DNA of 64,000 nucleotides, from positions 43,616 to 107,615 of the forward strand of contig CAWCNL010000004.1 in assembly GCA_963796875.1 (NCBI GenBank), given 5' to 3'. Both the position numbers and the translations under genes were made by a program. Source of the stretch: an uncultured Actinomycetes bacterium (GTDB taxonomy: Bacteria; Actinomycetota; Thermoleophilia; Gaiellales; JAICJC01). Below the pieces are notes generated by a model. It made no database searches. It saw only the letters and a list, made by a program, of their open reading frames with translations, and had not been told where the DNA came from. This document shows positions 21,896-31,842 of the stretch, one piece after another (position 1 is the stretch's first letter; each line of letters starts with the position of its first letter).

Positions 21896-22561
21896 TCACC
21901 GCGGCGTTGGGTGCACCAGGCCGATGTCGTAGGCAAAGACGACCAGCTGCACGCGGTCGCGCATGCCGAGCTTGGCCAGGATCCGCCCGACGTGGGTCTT
22001 CACCGTCGCCTCGGTCAGGTAGAGGGCGCTCGCGATCTCGGAGTTCGAGAGGCCCCGGGCCACCTCCAGCAGCACCTCGCGCTCGCGCGGGGTGAGTTCC
22101 TGCAGGTACGGCTCGGGATCGAGCGCAGCGTCGGGCATGAGCCGGTGCGCGTAGGCGTCCAGCAGCCGCCGGGTCACGCTGGGAGCGACCACCGCATCGC
22201 CGCTGGCCACCGCACGGATGCCCGACAGGAGGTCGGCCGGAAGCGCGTCCTTGAGCAGAAAGCCGCTCGCGCCGGCCCGCAGCGCCGCGTGCGCGTACTC
22301 GTCCAGGTCGAACGTGGTGAGGATCAGGACGCGGGTGGGCAGGCCGCGGTCGACGATCTCGCGCGTGGCCTCGATGCCGTCCATCTCGGGCATCCGCACG
22401 TCCATCAGCACGACGTCGGGCACGAGGCGCACGGCCAGGTCGACCGCCTCGCGCCCGTCGGCGGCCTCGCCCACCACGTCCATGTCGTCCTGCGAATCGA
22501 GCACCATCCGAAAGCCCATGCGCAGCAGCGGCTGATCATCGGCCAGAAGGACGGTGCTCAC
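21896..22561 (-). CDS. LuxR/NarL-family response regulator
   Basis: Receiver domain VLLADDQPLLR...DVVLMDVRMPEMDG...LTTFD and C-terminal HTH LTPREREVLLEVARGLSNSEIA..L.L.E.TVKTHV. Confidence 0.93.
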   Translation of the reverse strand: MSTVLLADDQPLLRMGFRMVLDSQDDMDVVGEAADGREAVDLAVRLVPDVVLMDVRMPEMDGIEATREIVDRGLPTRVLILTTFDLDEYAHAALRAGASGFLLKDALPADLLSGIRAVASGDAVVAPSVTRRLLDAYAHRLMPDAALDPEPYLQELTPREREVLLEVARGLSNSEIASALYLTEATVKTHVGRILAKLGMRDRVQLVVFAYDIGLVHPTPR

Positions 22562-23717
22562 GACGCCACTCCGGGCGCGTCGCGCAGCAGATGCGCATGC
22601 ACGTGCCAGCCTCCGCCGGTCGCCGGCCCGGCGTCCACGGTTCCGCCGAACACCGCGGCGCGCTGGCGCATGCCCGCCAGCCCGCGGCCCGTGCCGCGCG
22701 GATCGGGCGCGGCGGCGGTTCCGCTGTCGCTCACGTCGATGTCCACGCTGCCGTTGACACAGCGGATGGCGACCCGCGCCGACACCTCCGTACCCGCATG
22801 CTTGAGCGTGTTGGTGAGCGCCTCCTGCACGATGCGGTAGGCGGCCAGCTGCACGCCGGCCGGAAGTGCGGTCGGGTCTCCTTCGATCTCGAGCTGCACG
22901 GGCACCCCCGTCGTTCCCGACCTGCTCCACCAGCTGCGAGATCTGGGCCACGCCCGGCTGCGGCCGGCGGATGCCGCTGTCCTCGTCACTCAGAACGCCG
23001 AGCAGGCGCCGCATCTCCGAGAGCGCCTCGCGGCCCGTGCGCGAGCACCTTCTCCATCGCCTCGGTGGCGCGTTCGGGATGCTCGCGGGCGGTGTAGACC
23101 GCGCCGTCGGCCAGTGCGATCACGACCGTCAGATTGTGTGCCACGATGTCGTGCATCTCGCGGGCGATGCGGCTGCGCTCCGCCGCCGCCGCCAGCCGCC
23201 CCTGCTGGTCTCGCTCGAGCTCGAGCCGTGCGGCGCGCTCCTGGAGCGACTCGAGCAGCACCCGGCGGTTCTGCACCGAGATTCCCAGAAGCGCCGCGGC
23301 CAGTACCATCGCCGAGAGCCCGATGAAGAACGGCAGCGGCGGATCAGCCCAGCGCGCCGTGGCCAGCACCGCCCCGAGCTCGCCCACACCGACGGCTTTG
23401 AGCGTCGTGCGGCGCGACTCGACCGCCGCGACCGTGAACAGCGCGACCAGCAGGGCCAGATCCGAACCCAGCTGCACATTGGCCAGCCACTGCACGAACG
23501 CCACGGCTGCAATCACGCAGAACACCGCCCGCGGGTACTGCCGCCGTACGACGAGTGGTGCACACAGCGCAACCGTGAACGCGAGTGCCTGGACGCGGTC
23601 GGAATGGATGCTCGCAGCCAGGCCGAGCAGGCCGACGCCTACAGCCACGGCCACATCCATCAGCCGCGGCCGCCGCTCGCCAAGTCGCAGGATCCTGTCT
23701 AGCGCGCTTTCTTCCAC
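22558..23717 (-). CDS. sensor histidine kinase (HisKA_3/DesK-NarX type), two apparent frameshifts (~23030, ~22920)
   Basis: TM region, H-box ERSRIAREMHDIVAHNL and ATPase N/G boxes (QEALTNTLKHAG, DSGTAA, GRGLAGMRQR) lie in three frames. GTGA overlap with the regulator. Confidence 0.85.
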
Positions 23718-23786
23718 GATTCCATGGTACGTCCGCGACGTGAGAATCCCCCTCATCGTCGACGGATCCAGGCTACGCACACCCGA

Positions 23787-23821
23787 GATCGGCAGCGAAA
23801 CGGCCGGAAGGCCGATCTTTT
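23787..23821 (+). terminator. terminator-like hairpin plus T-run in intergenic leader
   Basis: GATCGGC...CGGCC-GGAA-GGCCGATC followed by TTTT. No upstream plus-strand gene, so its function is unclear. Confidence 0.3.
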
Positions 23822-23926
23822 GGGCCGCTGTGTCAGACCAAAGACTGACTTCGTGAGCCTTCGCGTGCGTTGTTGCAACCACGTGTGACAGACACGCGCC
23901 AGGAGGCGGCCATAGCGTGACCGGCC

Positions 23927-24662
23927 ATGATCAAGCACCTCCTTCCCCCTCTCGCGCTCTTACTGCTGCTGTTTCCGGCCACCGCGTTCGCATCCGACGC
24001 GCAGTACCTGACCCTCGCCGCCCGGGAGGCTCCGCGCATGGCCATCGAGCGCGGTACCGACACCGAACTCCCGGTCGATTTCCGTCGTTGCCGGGCAGTC
24101 GCGTGCTCCGAGCACGCCGCCCACCCCATGCTGTTCGTGCATGCGGTGCGCGCGAACGGATTCCTCTACCTGGAGTTCTGGGAGTACCTCGGCGAATTCG
24201 CAGTTTGCGCACACGGGCATCGGGTTGATCGACGGCTACCACCGCGACGACTGGGAGGGCGTCATCGTCAAGCTGCGACTCGATGGCACGCCGGTCGGCG
24301 CCCGGGCCACCGCGCACCTCGGCTTCAACGGCCGCCACCCATGGTGGGACCTGGCGGCGGCTGACTGGGCGCCGTACCCGGCGGTGGTCTATCGGGCGGC
24401 GGGCAGCCACGCCGGCGGGTTCGAGGCCCACGGCATCGATCTGGCCGGCGACGCGTGGAATGGCACGGCTCGCATCGTTCGGCCCGGCGTGGTCGCGGCC
24501 GATACCGCGGCTCGAGCCTCCGCGGTATTCGACTCGGGTGCGGTGGCGCCATGGCAGAAGCTCGCCTGGACACACCCCGAGGCGGCGATCACCGGTCGCC
24601 CCGGGGACCGGGCGAGGTACGCCTTCTACGCGCGGCTCTGGGCGACCATCTGCCGGTGCTAA
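23927..24662 (+). CDS. secreted hypothetical protein with an NPP1/Vps62(DUF946)-like HRxDWE signature; one apparent frameshift (~24190)
   Basis: Signal peptide MIKHLLPPLALLLLLFPATAFA. YLEFWEYL ... GYHRDDWEGVIVKL resembles the aromatic-WY plus GHRHDWE / HxGDWE motifs of those families. Confidence 0.55.
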
Positions 24663-24667
24663 CAATC

Positions 24668-24708
24668 ACAAACGCAACAGAAGTGCCAGGCACTTTTGGT
24701 GCGTTTGT
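24668..24708. repeat. D-type palindrome (ACAAACGCAACAGAAGTGCC-A-GGCACTTTTGGTGCGTTTGT) between convergent genes
   Basis: ~20-bp arms with 2 mismatches centred at 24688, lying between the stops at 24662 (+) and 24714 (-). Confidence 0.7.
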
Positions 24709-24713
24709 TGCGT

Positions 24714-26525
24714 TTAGTGCACGACCAGAAGCGCGTCGACGTCGATCGCCGGGTGGCCCTTCGTGTCCGCGCACACGATCTTGATGGTGTGCGAGCCGGT
24801 CGTGTCGAACGCCCGCGTGAACACCACCCGGCGGTGGACGGTGGCCGCCTGGTACAGATTGACCGTACCCGCCGAGGCTCCGTCGATGTACACCCTGGCA
24901 ACGCCGCGGCTCGATTGGATCGGGACGCGACCCACGCCACCTCGCGGCCGTTGAAGGTGAGCGTTGCCGAAGCGTTGGCGGCGCTGGTGGAACGATGCGA
25001 GCCGCCAAACGTTCCCGCCACCCTGTGCGTCGCCCAGCCCCCGCGAAGTGGATCGCCGAGCTGGTGTTCTGGTAGGCGGTCAGCACCTGCGGATCCGAGG
25101 TGCTGGTGGCCGACTTGTTGCCCGCGCAGTCAGTCGCCGCGATCTGGAACCGGTAGGCCTTGGAGCTCGGCGCCAGATTCTGGTTGACCGAGGTCGCATC
25201 GGGCGTGGCCAGTTCGACCGGGACGTACGGCTCGGACGCAAAGCTCCTGGTCACCGTGTACCCGCACACGCCACTTGGATCGGTCGCTGCCCAGCCGATG
25301 TGCGTGGGAATCGTCGTCGTGCCGAGCGTGACGCCCTTGGAGACCGCCATCTTCGGCGTCTGGGTGACGCGCGGAGGGCTGGTGTCGCCGGCCAGCGACG
25401 GGAATCGCGCGAACCCCTGCTGATTGGTCGCGCCGGTGCGGGTGAAGTCGCCGCCTGCCAGCAGCCAGCTCCCCCGTCGGCCAGCGAGTAGATGCCAAGG
25501 TCACTGTTTGCGCCGGGATTCCACGGCTGCAGGTTGCCGGTGTCGGCATCGAGCGCCAGCAGCTTCTGGCGGGTGCTCCCGCCCGGGCACGTGTCACTCC
25601 CCGCGACATGCCCGCAGTAAGCCGAGAAATGCCCGCCGACATAGACGATGTCGTCGATCACGGCGATTGCCTGGATGTTGCCGTTGGTGCCGCCGATCCA
25701 GTCGGACGCCCCGGTGGCTCCGTCGAACCGGGCGAAGTTTCCCCCGCCGCCGGCCCCGGCCACATACACGTCGCCGCCGGCGACATCCATATCGATCACC
25801 TGGTAGGCCGGATGCGAGGCCCACGCGAGCGATGCGCCGGTCGTGGCCGAGACTGCTCCCAGATGGGCGGCAGCCGCACCGTTCAGCTGGCCGAAGTCGC
25901 CACCCACATACACCCGCGTGCCGTCGGCCGACACCGCCAGTGCCTTCACCTCGAGGTTTGCGGTGGGCGTCCAGCGCGTGTCCAGCACCCCGGTCTGCTC
26001 ATCGAATGCCGCGAGGTAGGGCCGGCTCGCGCCGTTGGCGGTGGTGAAGTAGCCGCCGGCGTAGACCAGGCCGTTGGCCACGTCGATCGCCATCACCTGC
26101 CCGTTCAGGGTGGCCTTCCAGACCAGAGCCCCGGTGGCGGGATCGACGGCCGCCAGGCGCTGGGCCGTTTGTCCGCCCAGCGTGGTGAAGTTGCCGCCCA
26201 GGAACACCAGGCCGGCGCCGCTTGCGATGGTCTGCACGGTGCTGTTGGCGTTGGGGTTCCAACTCTGCACCTCGCCGGTGGAGAGGTCGATCTGCGCGAC
26301 GCGGTTACGGGTCGCTCCGCCAGAGCTCGCTCCGGCGCCGCGCACAGTGGTGAACTGGCCACCCACGTACACCTTGGCGCCGCTCACGTAGAGCGCGTTG
26401 ACCCGACCGTCGGTCTGTGCCGAGGGCGCCGGCTTGGCGCTCACAAGGGCCGCCCCGGCCGCTCCCACACACACCACCGTTGACACAGCGCACGCAGCCG
26501 CGAGCGCCCACACCTTCCGCCCCAT
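24714..26525 (-). CDS. secreted beta-propeller repeat protein (DUF5122/delta-60-like repeats) with Ig-like and C-terminal lectin-like domains; three apparent frameshifts (~25471-25475, ~25035, ~24935)
   Basis: Signal peptide, then repeated VYVGGxFTTxxG...LAAxD..TG....W.P.AN units. Paralogue of 46352-48163. Pieces lie in four frames. Confidence 0.7.
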
Positions 26526-26636
26526 CGTCCCCCCTGATCACCAACCCAGCAGATGCCTAAGGTACATGCCTCGGTGGAACCTGTAAACCTGCACCCGACG
26601 GGTTCTCAGCAAATCCTCAGGAACCTCGGCCTGGGA

Positions 26637-27042
26637 TCAGCCGGTGTGCGAACTCACGTGGAATCCGCTCAGATCGATCGGCTCGATCGGCAGCCACACG
26701 GTGCGCTCGCCGCAGTCGATGCAGAACTCCGGTTCGACGGGGTGATGGTGGGGCTGGGTGACAGCGGCCCGGATCAGCCGTGATTCAACGTCGAAGGCGG
26801 CCTCGCCGGTGCGGTCGGAGATGCGTCTGCGCCTGGCCGTGCAGCACCTCGGCGTCATACCCCACGGTGATCCGCGACCCGCAGTAGCCACACAGAGCCA
26901 TCCGCGAGATCAGTGGAGCAGTCGTGTGCCTGGTCTCGTCCTGGGCGCGCCACGCCCGCCACAGCACGTAGATCAGTGCGATCAGTGGCACCTTCAGCAC
27001 GAGCCCCAGGAATACGAGCGCCCAGACATCTCCGCTTCCCAT
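26637..27042 (-). CDS. small membrane-anchored protein with two CxxC pairs (zinc-ribbon-like); one apparent frameshift (~26830)
   Basis: MGSGDVWALVFLGLVLKVPLIALIYVLW TM helix, then CGYCGS and CIDCGE. Confidence 0.45.
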
Positions 27043-27078
27043 GCGCTGAAGCCTACCCGCTGGCGGGCTCGCGGACAC

Positions 27079-27117
27079 GAGGGTTTCAAGATCTGCGCCA
27101 ATTCTGTCGAAACCCTC
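27079..27117. promoter_or_regulatory. perfect 9-bp inverted repeat GAGGGTTTC-N21-GAAACCCTC in divergent intergenic region
   Basis: Arms at 27079-27087 and 27109-27117, 7 nt upstream of GGAGGA (27124-27129). Confidence 0.35.
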
Positions 27118-27228
27118 TTCGGATGGAGGATTCGCAACCCGACATGATGCTCGTGTTGGCACGCGGGGTGCTACCGGAACTCCCGTGCACCCTGGACGCA
27201 CTTTCCGAAGACGGAGGGTCGTTCGAGC

Positions 27229-27813
27229 TTGCTCTGGACCGTGAGCACGAGGGCTCGTCTGCTGGGCGTCGCGCCGCGCGACCGGATGCGCAAGGATCTG
27301 CTGCTGCTGGCCCGCCTGACCGACGATTCGCGCGGCCGCTACGACATCGAGATGCAGGTCGTCGACACGTTCTGGCACTCGCAGATCACGAGCGAAGTCC
27401 AGCTCAAGGTGACCAACGTCGAGCACAAGAAGATGCGCCGCATCGCGCCGCGCGTGGTGGTCGGTGCCGAGGCAACCGTGCGCATCGTCTCGTCGGGGAC
27501 CCAGGCGATGGACGCGGAGTTCGAGGTGAAGCTCGCCGACATCTCGGCGACCGGCGCGGCCTTCCAGGCCACCACCGCGTTCGACCCCGGCGACATCATC
27601 GAGCTGCGCACCGCGCTGGACGGGCACGTCATGTCGCTGCAGGCCAAGGTCGTGCGCTGCGCCGCGGGGCCGTGGAACCGCTATCACGTCGGCTGCCAGC
27701 TGACCCAGGTCGAGCCGGAGGATCGCGACCTGATCGCGACCAAGGCCGAGAGCGCGCCGACGGCGCGCGACGGAGCCCGCGAGCCCGTCACCCGCCGCCA
27801 CCTGTTCGGCTGA
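27229..27813 (+). CDS. PilZ-domain (c-di-GMP-binding) protein; true start uncertain (possible ATG 27144 plus frameshift, or ATG 27286)
   Basis: RRIAPR (RxxxR) and DISATGAAF (DxSxxG) lie about 30 residues apart. Confidence 0.7.
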   Translation: MLWTVSTRARLLGVAPRDRMRKDLLLLARLTDDSRGRYDIEMQVVDTFWHSQITSEVQLKVTNVEHKKMRRIAPRVVVGAEATVRIVSSGTQAMDAEFEVKLADISATGAAFQATTAFDPGDIIELRTALDGHVMSLQAKVVRCAAGPWNRYHVGCQLTQVEPEDRDLIATKAESAPTARDGAREPVTRRHLFG

Positions 27814-27940
27814 TCCCCCGTCAGCGGCACACACCGCATTCCCCGTTTCGGGGATGGAGGTCACCCCGGTTTTGTTCGATATCTCCTACAGGGCGCTGCA
27901 ACAGAGGCGCGGGGTTTGCGAGTACGTGGAGGGTAGTCGG

Positions 27941-28114
27941 ATGTCGTTCCGAATTCTCACCGACGCTCGGGGGAGCGTCGCTTCGGAGCTTGGCTTCGGG
28001 ATGATGGTCGTCGGGATCCTGGTGATCGGCGGATTGTTCGCCATGGCCCAGGTCGAAGGCGTCTCATTCCAGGTGCTCCTGAGCCAGATTCACAACGGTC
28101 ACAACACCCGCTGA
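27941..28114 (+). CDS. Flp/Fap-type pilin-like small protein (57 aa)
   Basis: GGAGGG SD 7 nt upstream. LTDARG/SVASELGFGMMVVGILVIGGLF resembles the Flp prepilin G/xxxxE(Y) motif plus hydrophobic helix. Confidence 0.45.
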   Translation: MSFRILTDARGSVASELGFGMMVVGILVIGGLFAMAQVEGVSFQVLLSQIHNGHNTR

Positions 28115-28160
28115 ACACGTCGCATAGCGGGTGCGGATAAGCCGGTCACGGCGGCCTCGC

Positions 28161-28166
28161 TAGGCT
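28161..28166 (+). promoter_or_regulatory. -10 hexamer TAGGCT for leaderless ABC exporter operon
   Basis: TAGGCT-gctgcgc-GTG(28174), a 7-nt spacer. Confidence 0.45.
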
Positions 28167-28173
28167 GCTGCGC

Positions 28174-29982
28174 GTGACGTTTCGCCGCCTTCTTGGATTC
28201 CTGCGCCCCTACCGGACGCAGGTGATCGCCTCGACGGTGCTGGCGGTGATCGCCCAGATGGTCGGGCTGACGATCCCGTACCTGACCGGCGAGGTGATCA
28301 ACGCGCTGCCACCGGAGGGCTCGAGCCGCACCGAGCTCTACGGCCTCGCGGGGCTGATCGTGCTGGCGGGTGCGATCAAGGGCGTGATCACCTACTACCG
28401 CCGGCAGCTGGCCGGACGGCTGTCGCTGGACGTCGAGTACGACCTGCGAAACGCCACCTACGGCCATCTCCAGCGGCTGTCGTACTCCTACTTCGACCGG
28501 CACCAGACCGGCCAGCTGATGTCGCGGGCCACGGTCGACCTGCAGCTGGTGCGGATCTTCCTGGGCTACGGCCTGATCTTCTTCACGCAGAATCTGACCA
28601 CCGTGATCGTCGTGGTGATCGCGCTGGGCCTGATCGACTGGCAGCTGGCCCTGGTGGGGCTCGCCATCTCTCCTGCCCTGGCCTACGCCGCGTACCGCTA
28701 CTCGCGCGCGGCCCATCCGGTGGTCAAGGACGTGCAGCAGCGCGTCGCGGATGTGACGACCCTGGCCGAGGAGAACATCGTCGGCGTGCGCGTGGTCAAG
28801 TCGTTCGCCCAGGAGGACGCCCAGCAAGCGCAGTTCGCCGGCGCCACCGAGCGGGTGTTCCAGCGTTCGATGGACGCCGCCCGGCTGGCGGCCACCTACG
28901 TGCCGTTCATGGCGGCGCTCCCGAGCCTCGCGATCGCCGCGGTGGTGCTGATCGGCGGCGAGAAGGTGATCCACGGCCAGATGAGCCTGGGCGCGTTCTT
29001 TGCCGCCAACGGGTACGTGCTGCTTCTGATCGCGCCGCTGCGGTCGGTGGGCATGTGGGTGGGCCAGTACCAGCGGGCGATCGCCGCCGGCGAGCGCATC
29101 TTCGAACTGCTCGACGCCGAGCGCGACATCGTGGAGGCGCCCGACGCCGGCGAGCTGCCCGACGGGCCGGGGCACATCGTGTTCGAGGGCGTCGAGTTCG
29201 GCTACGACGACACCCGGCCCGTGCTGAAGAGCGTCGACCTCGACGTCGAGGCGGGCTCGACCGTCGCGCTGATCGGCCCCACCGGCTGCGGCAAGACGAC
29301 CCTCACCACGCTGATCCCCCGCTTCTACGACGTGGCCGCCGGGCGCGTGCTGCTGGACGGCGCGGACGTGCGCGAGGTGACGCTCGACTCGCTGCGCCGG
29401 CAGGTCGGCATCGTCAGCCAGGACACCTTTCTGTTCTCCACCACCGTGGCCGAGAACATCGCCTACGGCGCGGCCTGGGCGACTCCCGAGCAGATCGTGC
29501 AGGCGGCCCGCCAGGCCCAGGCGCACGAGTTCATCTGCGACCTGCCCGACGGGTACGAGACGCGGGTCGGCGAGCGCGGCCTGACGCTGTCGGGCGGTCA
29601 GCGCCAGCGCATCGCGATCGCCCGGGCGCTCCTGATGAACCCGCGCGTGCTGATCCTGGACGACGCCACCGCGTCGGTCGACGCCTCGACCGAGGCCCGC
29701 ATCAAGCTGGCCCTGCGCGAGGTGATGAAGGGCCGCACCACGCTGATCATCGCCCACCGCCTCTCGACCATCGCCATGGCCGACCGCGTGGTCGTGCTCG
29801 AGGCCGGCCGCATCGTCAACGACGGCGTGCACGACGAGCTGATCAAGGACAGCGAGGTGTACCGCCAGATCCACGAGTACGGTCTGGTCGACCGCACGTT
29901 CGTGGCCCTCGATCCCGATGGGGCGCCGATCGAGCGGGACGATCCCGCGCCTTTCCGCCGGGCCGGCGGGAGGCTTCCGTGA
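28174..29982 (+). CDS. ABC exporter, fused permease/ATPase (type I exporter half-transporter)
   Basis: Six-TM ABC_membrane domain, Walker A GPTGCGKTT, signature LSGGQRQR, Walker B ILILDDATS. Intact. Confidence 0.93.
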   Translation: MTFRRLLGFLRPYRTQVIASTVLAVIAQMVGLTIPYLTGEVINALPPEGSSRTELYGLAGLIVLAGAIKGVITYYRRQLAGRLSLDVEYDLRNATYGHLQRLSYSYFDRHQTGQLMSRATVDLQLVRIFLGYGLIFFTQNLTTVIVVVIALGLIDWQLALVGLAISPALAYAAYRYSRAAHPVVKDVQQRVADVTTLAEENIVGVRVVKSFAQEDAQQAQFAGATERVFQRSMDAARLAATYVPFMAALPSLAIAAVVLIGGEKVIHGQMSLGAFFAANGYVLLLIAPLRSVGMWVGQYQRAIAAGERIFELLDAERDIVEAPDAGELPDGPGHIVFEGVEFGYDDTRPVLKSVDLDVEAGSTVALIGPTGCGKTTLTTLIPRFYDVAAGRVLLDGADVREVTLDSLRRQVGIVSQDTFLFSTTVAENIAYGAAWATPEQIVQAARQAQAHEFICDLPDGYETRVGERGLTLSGGQRQRIAIARALLMNPRVLILDDATASVDASTEARIKLALREVMKGRTTLIIAHRLSTIAMADRVVVLEAGRIVNDGVHDELIKDSEVYRQIHEYGLVDRTFVALDPDGAPIERDDPAPFRRAGGRLP

Positions 29983-31732
29983 AGCTGGGCCAGAACACGC
30001 GCCGCATGCGTCGTCTGGCGCGGCTACGCGCGGCCGTACAAGGGACGGGCGAGCGTGGCGATCGTCGCGCTGCTCTTCACCACCGCGGCGGCCATCGCCG
30101 GGCCGGTGATCGCCAAGTACGCGATCGACAACGGCATCGCCAAGGACGACCAGACGGTGCTCGTTCGTGCTGGTCGGGCTCTACGTGGTGGTGGCGGTGA
30201 TCGGATGGTTGTTCGGCGTCGTCCAGAACTACCTGACGAGCTGGGTGGGCGAGCGCATGCTGGCCGACCTGCGCCGCAACCTGTTCGCCCACGTCCAGAA
30301 GCTCGAGCTCGGCTACTTCGAGCGCAACCGCACCGGGTGGGTGATCTCGCGGATCACCAACGACGTGGAGGCGCTCAACTCGCTGGTCACCGACGGGCCC
30401 ACGACGCTGATCCAAAACGTGGTCACCGTGATCGGCTCGGCGGTCGTGCTCGTGTTCATCGACTGGCGCCTGGCGCTCGCCACCCTGATGGTCTTCCCGG
30501 TGATGGCGGTGGGGACGGTGATCTTCCGGCGCTACTCGTTTCGCGCCTACCGGCGCACGCGCGAGCGCCTGGCCGAGGTCACCGCGACCCTGCAGGAAGA
30601 CCTCTCCGGCGTACGCGTGGTGCAGGCGTTTCGGCGTGAAGACGCCAACTTCGAGCACTTCGCCGAGGTCAACGGCGCGTACCGCAAGGCCAACGTCGAC
30701 ACCGTCAACTACGCCTCGATCTACTTCCCATTCGTCGAGCTGCTTGCGGCCGCGGCCACGGCGGTGGTGCTCGGCTACGGCGGCACGCTGGTGTTCGACG
30801 ACAGCCTCACGACCGGCGACCTGTTCGCGTTCATCGGCCTTCTGGCCAACTTCTTCGACCCGGTGCAGCAGCTTTCGCAGTTCTACCAGACGTATCTGAG
30901 CGCGAATGCGGCGCTCGACAAGATCTTCGACGTGCTCGAGACCGAGCCGCGGATGGTCGACGCGCCCGACGCGCGCGATCTGCCCGAGATCGCCGGCGAG
31001 GTGGCGTTCGAGCACGTCAGCTTCCGCTACGGCGACGAGAACTCCGCGCTCGTGCTGGACGACATCGATCTGCGCGTGGCGGCGGGCCAGACGGTCGCGC
31101 TGGTCGGCCACACGGGCGCCGGCAAGTCGACGCTCGTGAAGCTGCTGGCCCGGTTCTACGACCCCACGGAGGGCCGGATCATGGTCGACGGGCACGACCT
31201 GCGCGACGTCACCACCCGGTCGGTGCGGCGCCAGCTCGGCATCGTGCCGCAGGAGGGGTTCCTGTTCTCGGGCACGGTGCGCGACAACATCGCGTTCGGC
31301 CGTCCGGACGCGACCTTGGCCGAGGTGCAGGCCGCGGCCACGGCGGTCGGTGCCGACGGGTTCATCCAGGCGCTCGAAGACGGCTACGAGACCCAGATCC
31401 AGGAGCGCGGCAGCCGGCTCTCGGTCGGCCAGCGGCAGCTGGTCGCGTTTGCCCGGGCGTTCCTGGCCGATCCGCGGATCCTGATTCTGGACGAGGCCAC
31501 GTCGAGCGTGGACATCCCCACCGAGGCGCGGATCGAGCACGCGCTCGCGACGCTCCTGGCCGACCGCACGTCGTTCGTGGTCGCCCACCGCCTCTCGACC
31601 ATCCGCAGCGCCGATCTGATCGTGGTGCTCGAGCATGGCACCGTGGTCGAGATGGGCACCCATCAGCAGCTGATCACCCGCCGCGGCCGCTACTTCTCGC
31701 TGTACGACGACTGGGTCGAAGCCGTCGCCTAG
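29979..31732 (+). CDS. ABC exporter, fused permease/ATPase (partner half-transporter); two apparent frameshifts (~30022, ~30165)
   Basis: GTGA overlap with the upstream gene. Walker A GHTGAGKST, LSVGQRQL, ILILDEATS. The N-terminal TM1 region is split over three frames. Confidence 0.9.
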
Positions 31733-31837
31733 TGAATAAGAGGGGTCAGTCGCCATTTATTCACGCCATCGACCGGTGCTCTGGCCGAGTGCATCGTCGA
31801 TGGCGTGAATAAACGGCGACTGACCCCTCTTATTCAC
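31732..31837. repeat. C-type double-hairpin element (second copy)
   Basis: GTGAATAAGAGGGGTCAGTCGCCATTTATTCAC ... GTGAATAAACGGCGACTGACCCCTCTTATTCAC with an internally palindromic spacer (GCCATCGAC...GTCGATGGC). Starts on the last base (G 31732) of the ABC gene stop codon TAG. Confidence 0.85.
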
Positions 31838-31842
31838 GCCTG

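Noticed and set aside
23917-24228. GTG 23917 as the start of the secreted-protein gene (better spacing to AGGAGG).
   Set aside because: That frame gives a non-signal-like, Pro/Arg-rich product. ATG 23927 gives a textbook signal peptide and continues into the conserved body.
26785-27864. 359-aa minus-strand ORF overlapping the PilZ gene.
   Set aside because: Only its last ~90 codons (the TM protein starting at 27042) look genuine. The remainder is antisense to the PilZ coding region and shows no motifs.
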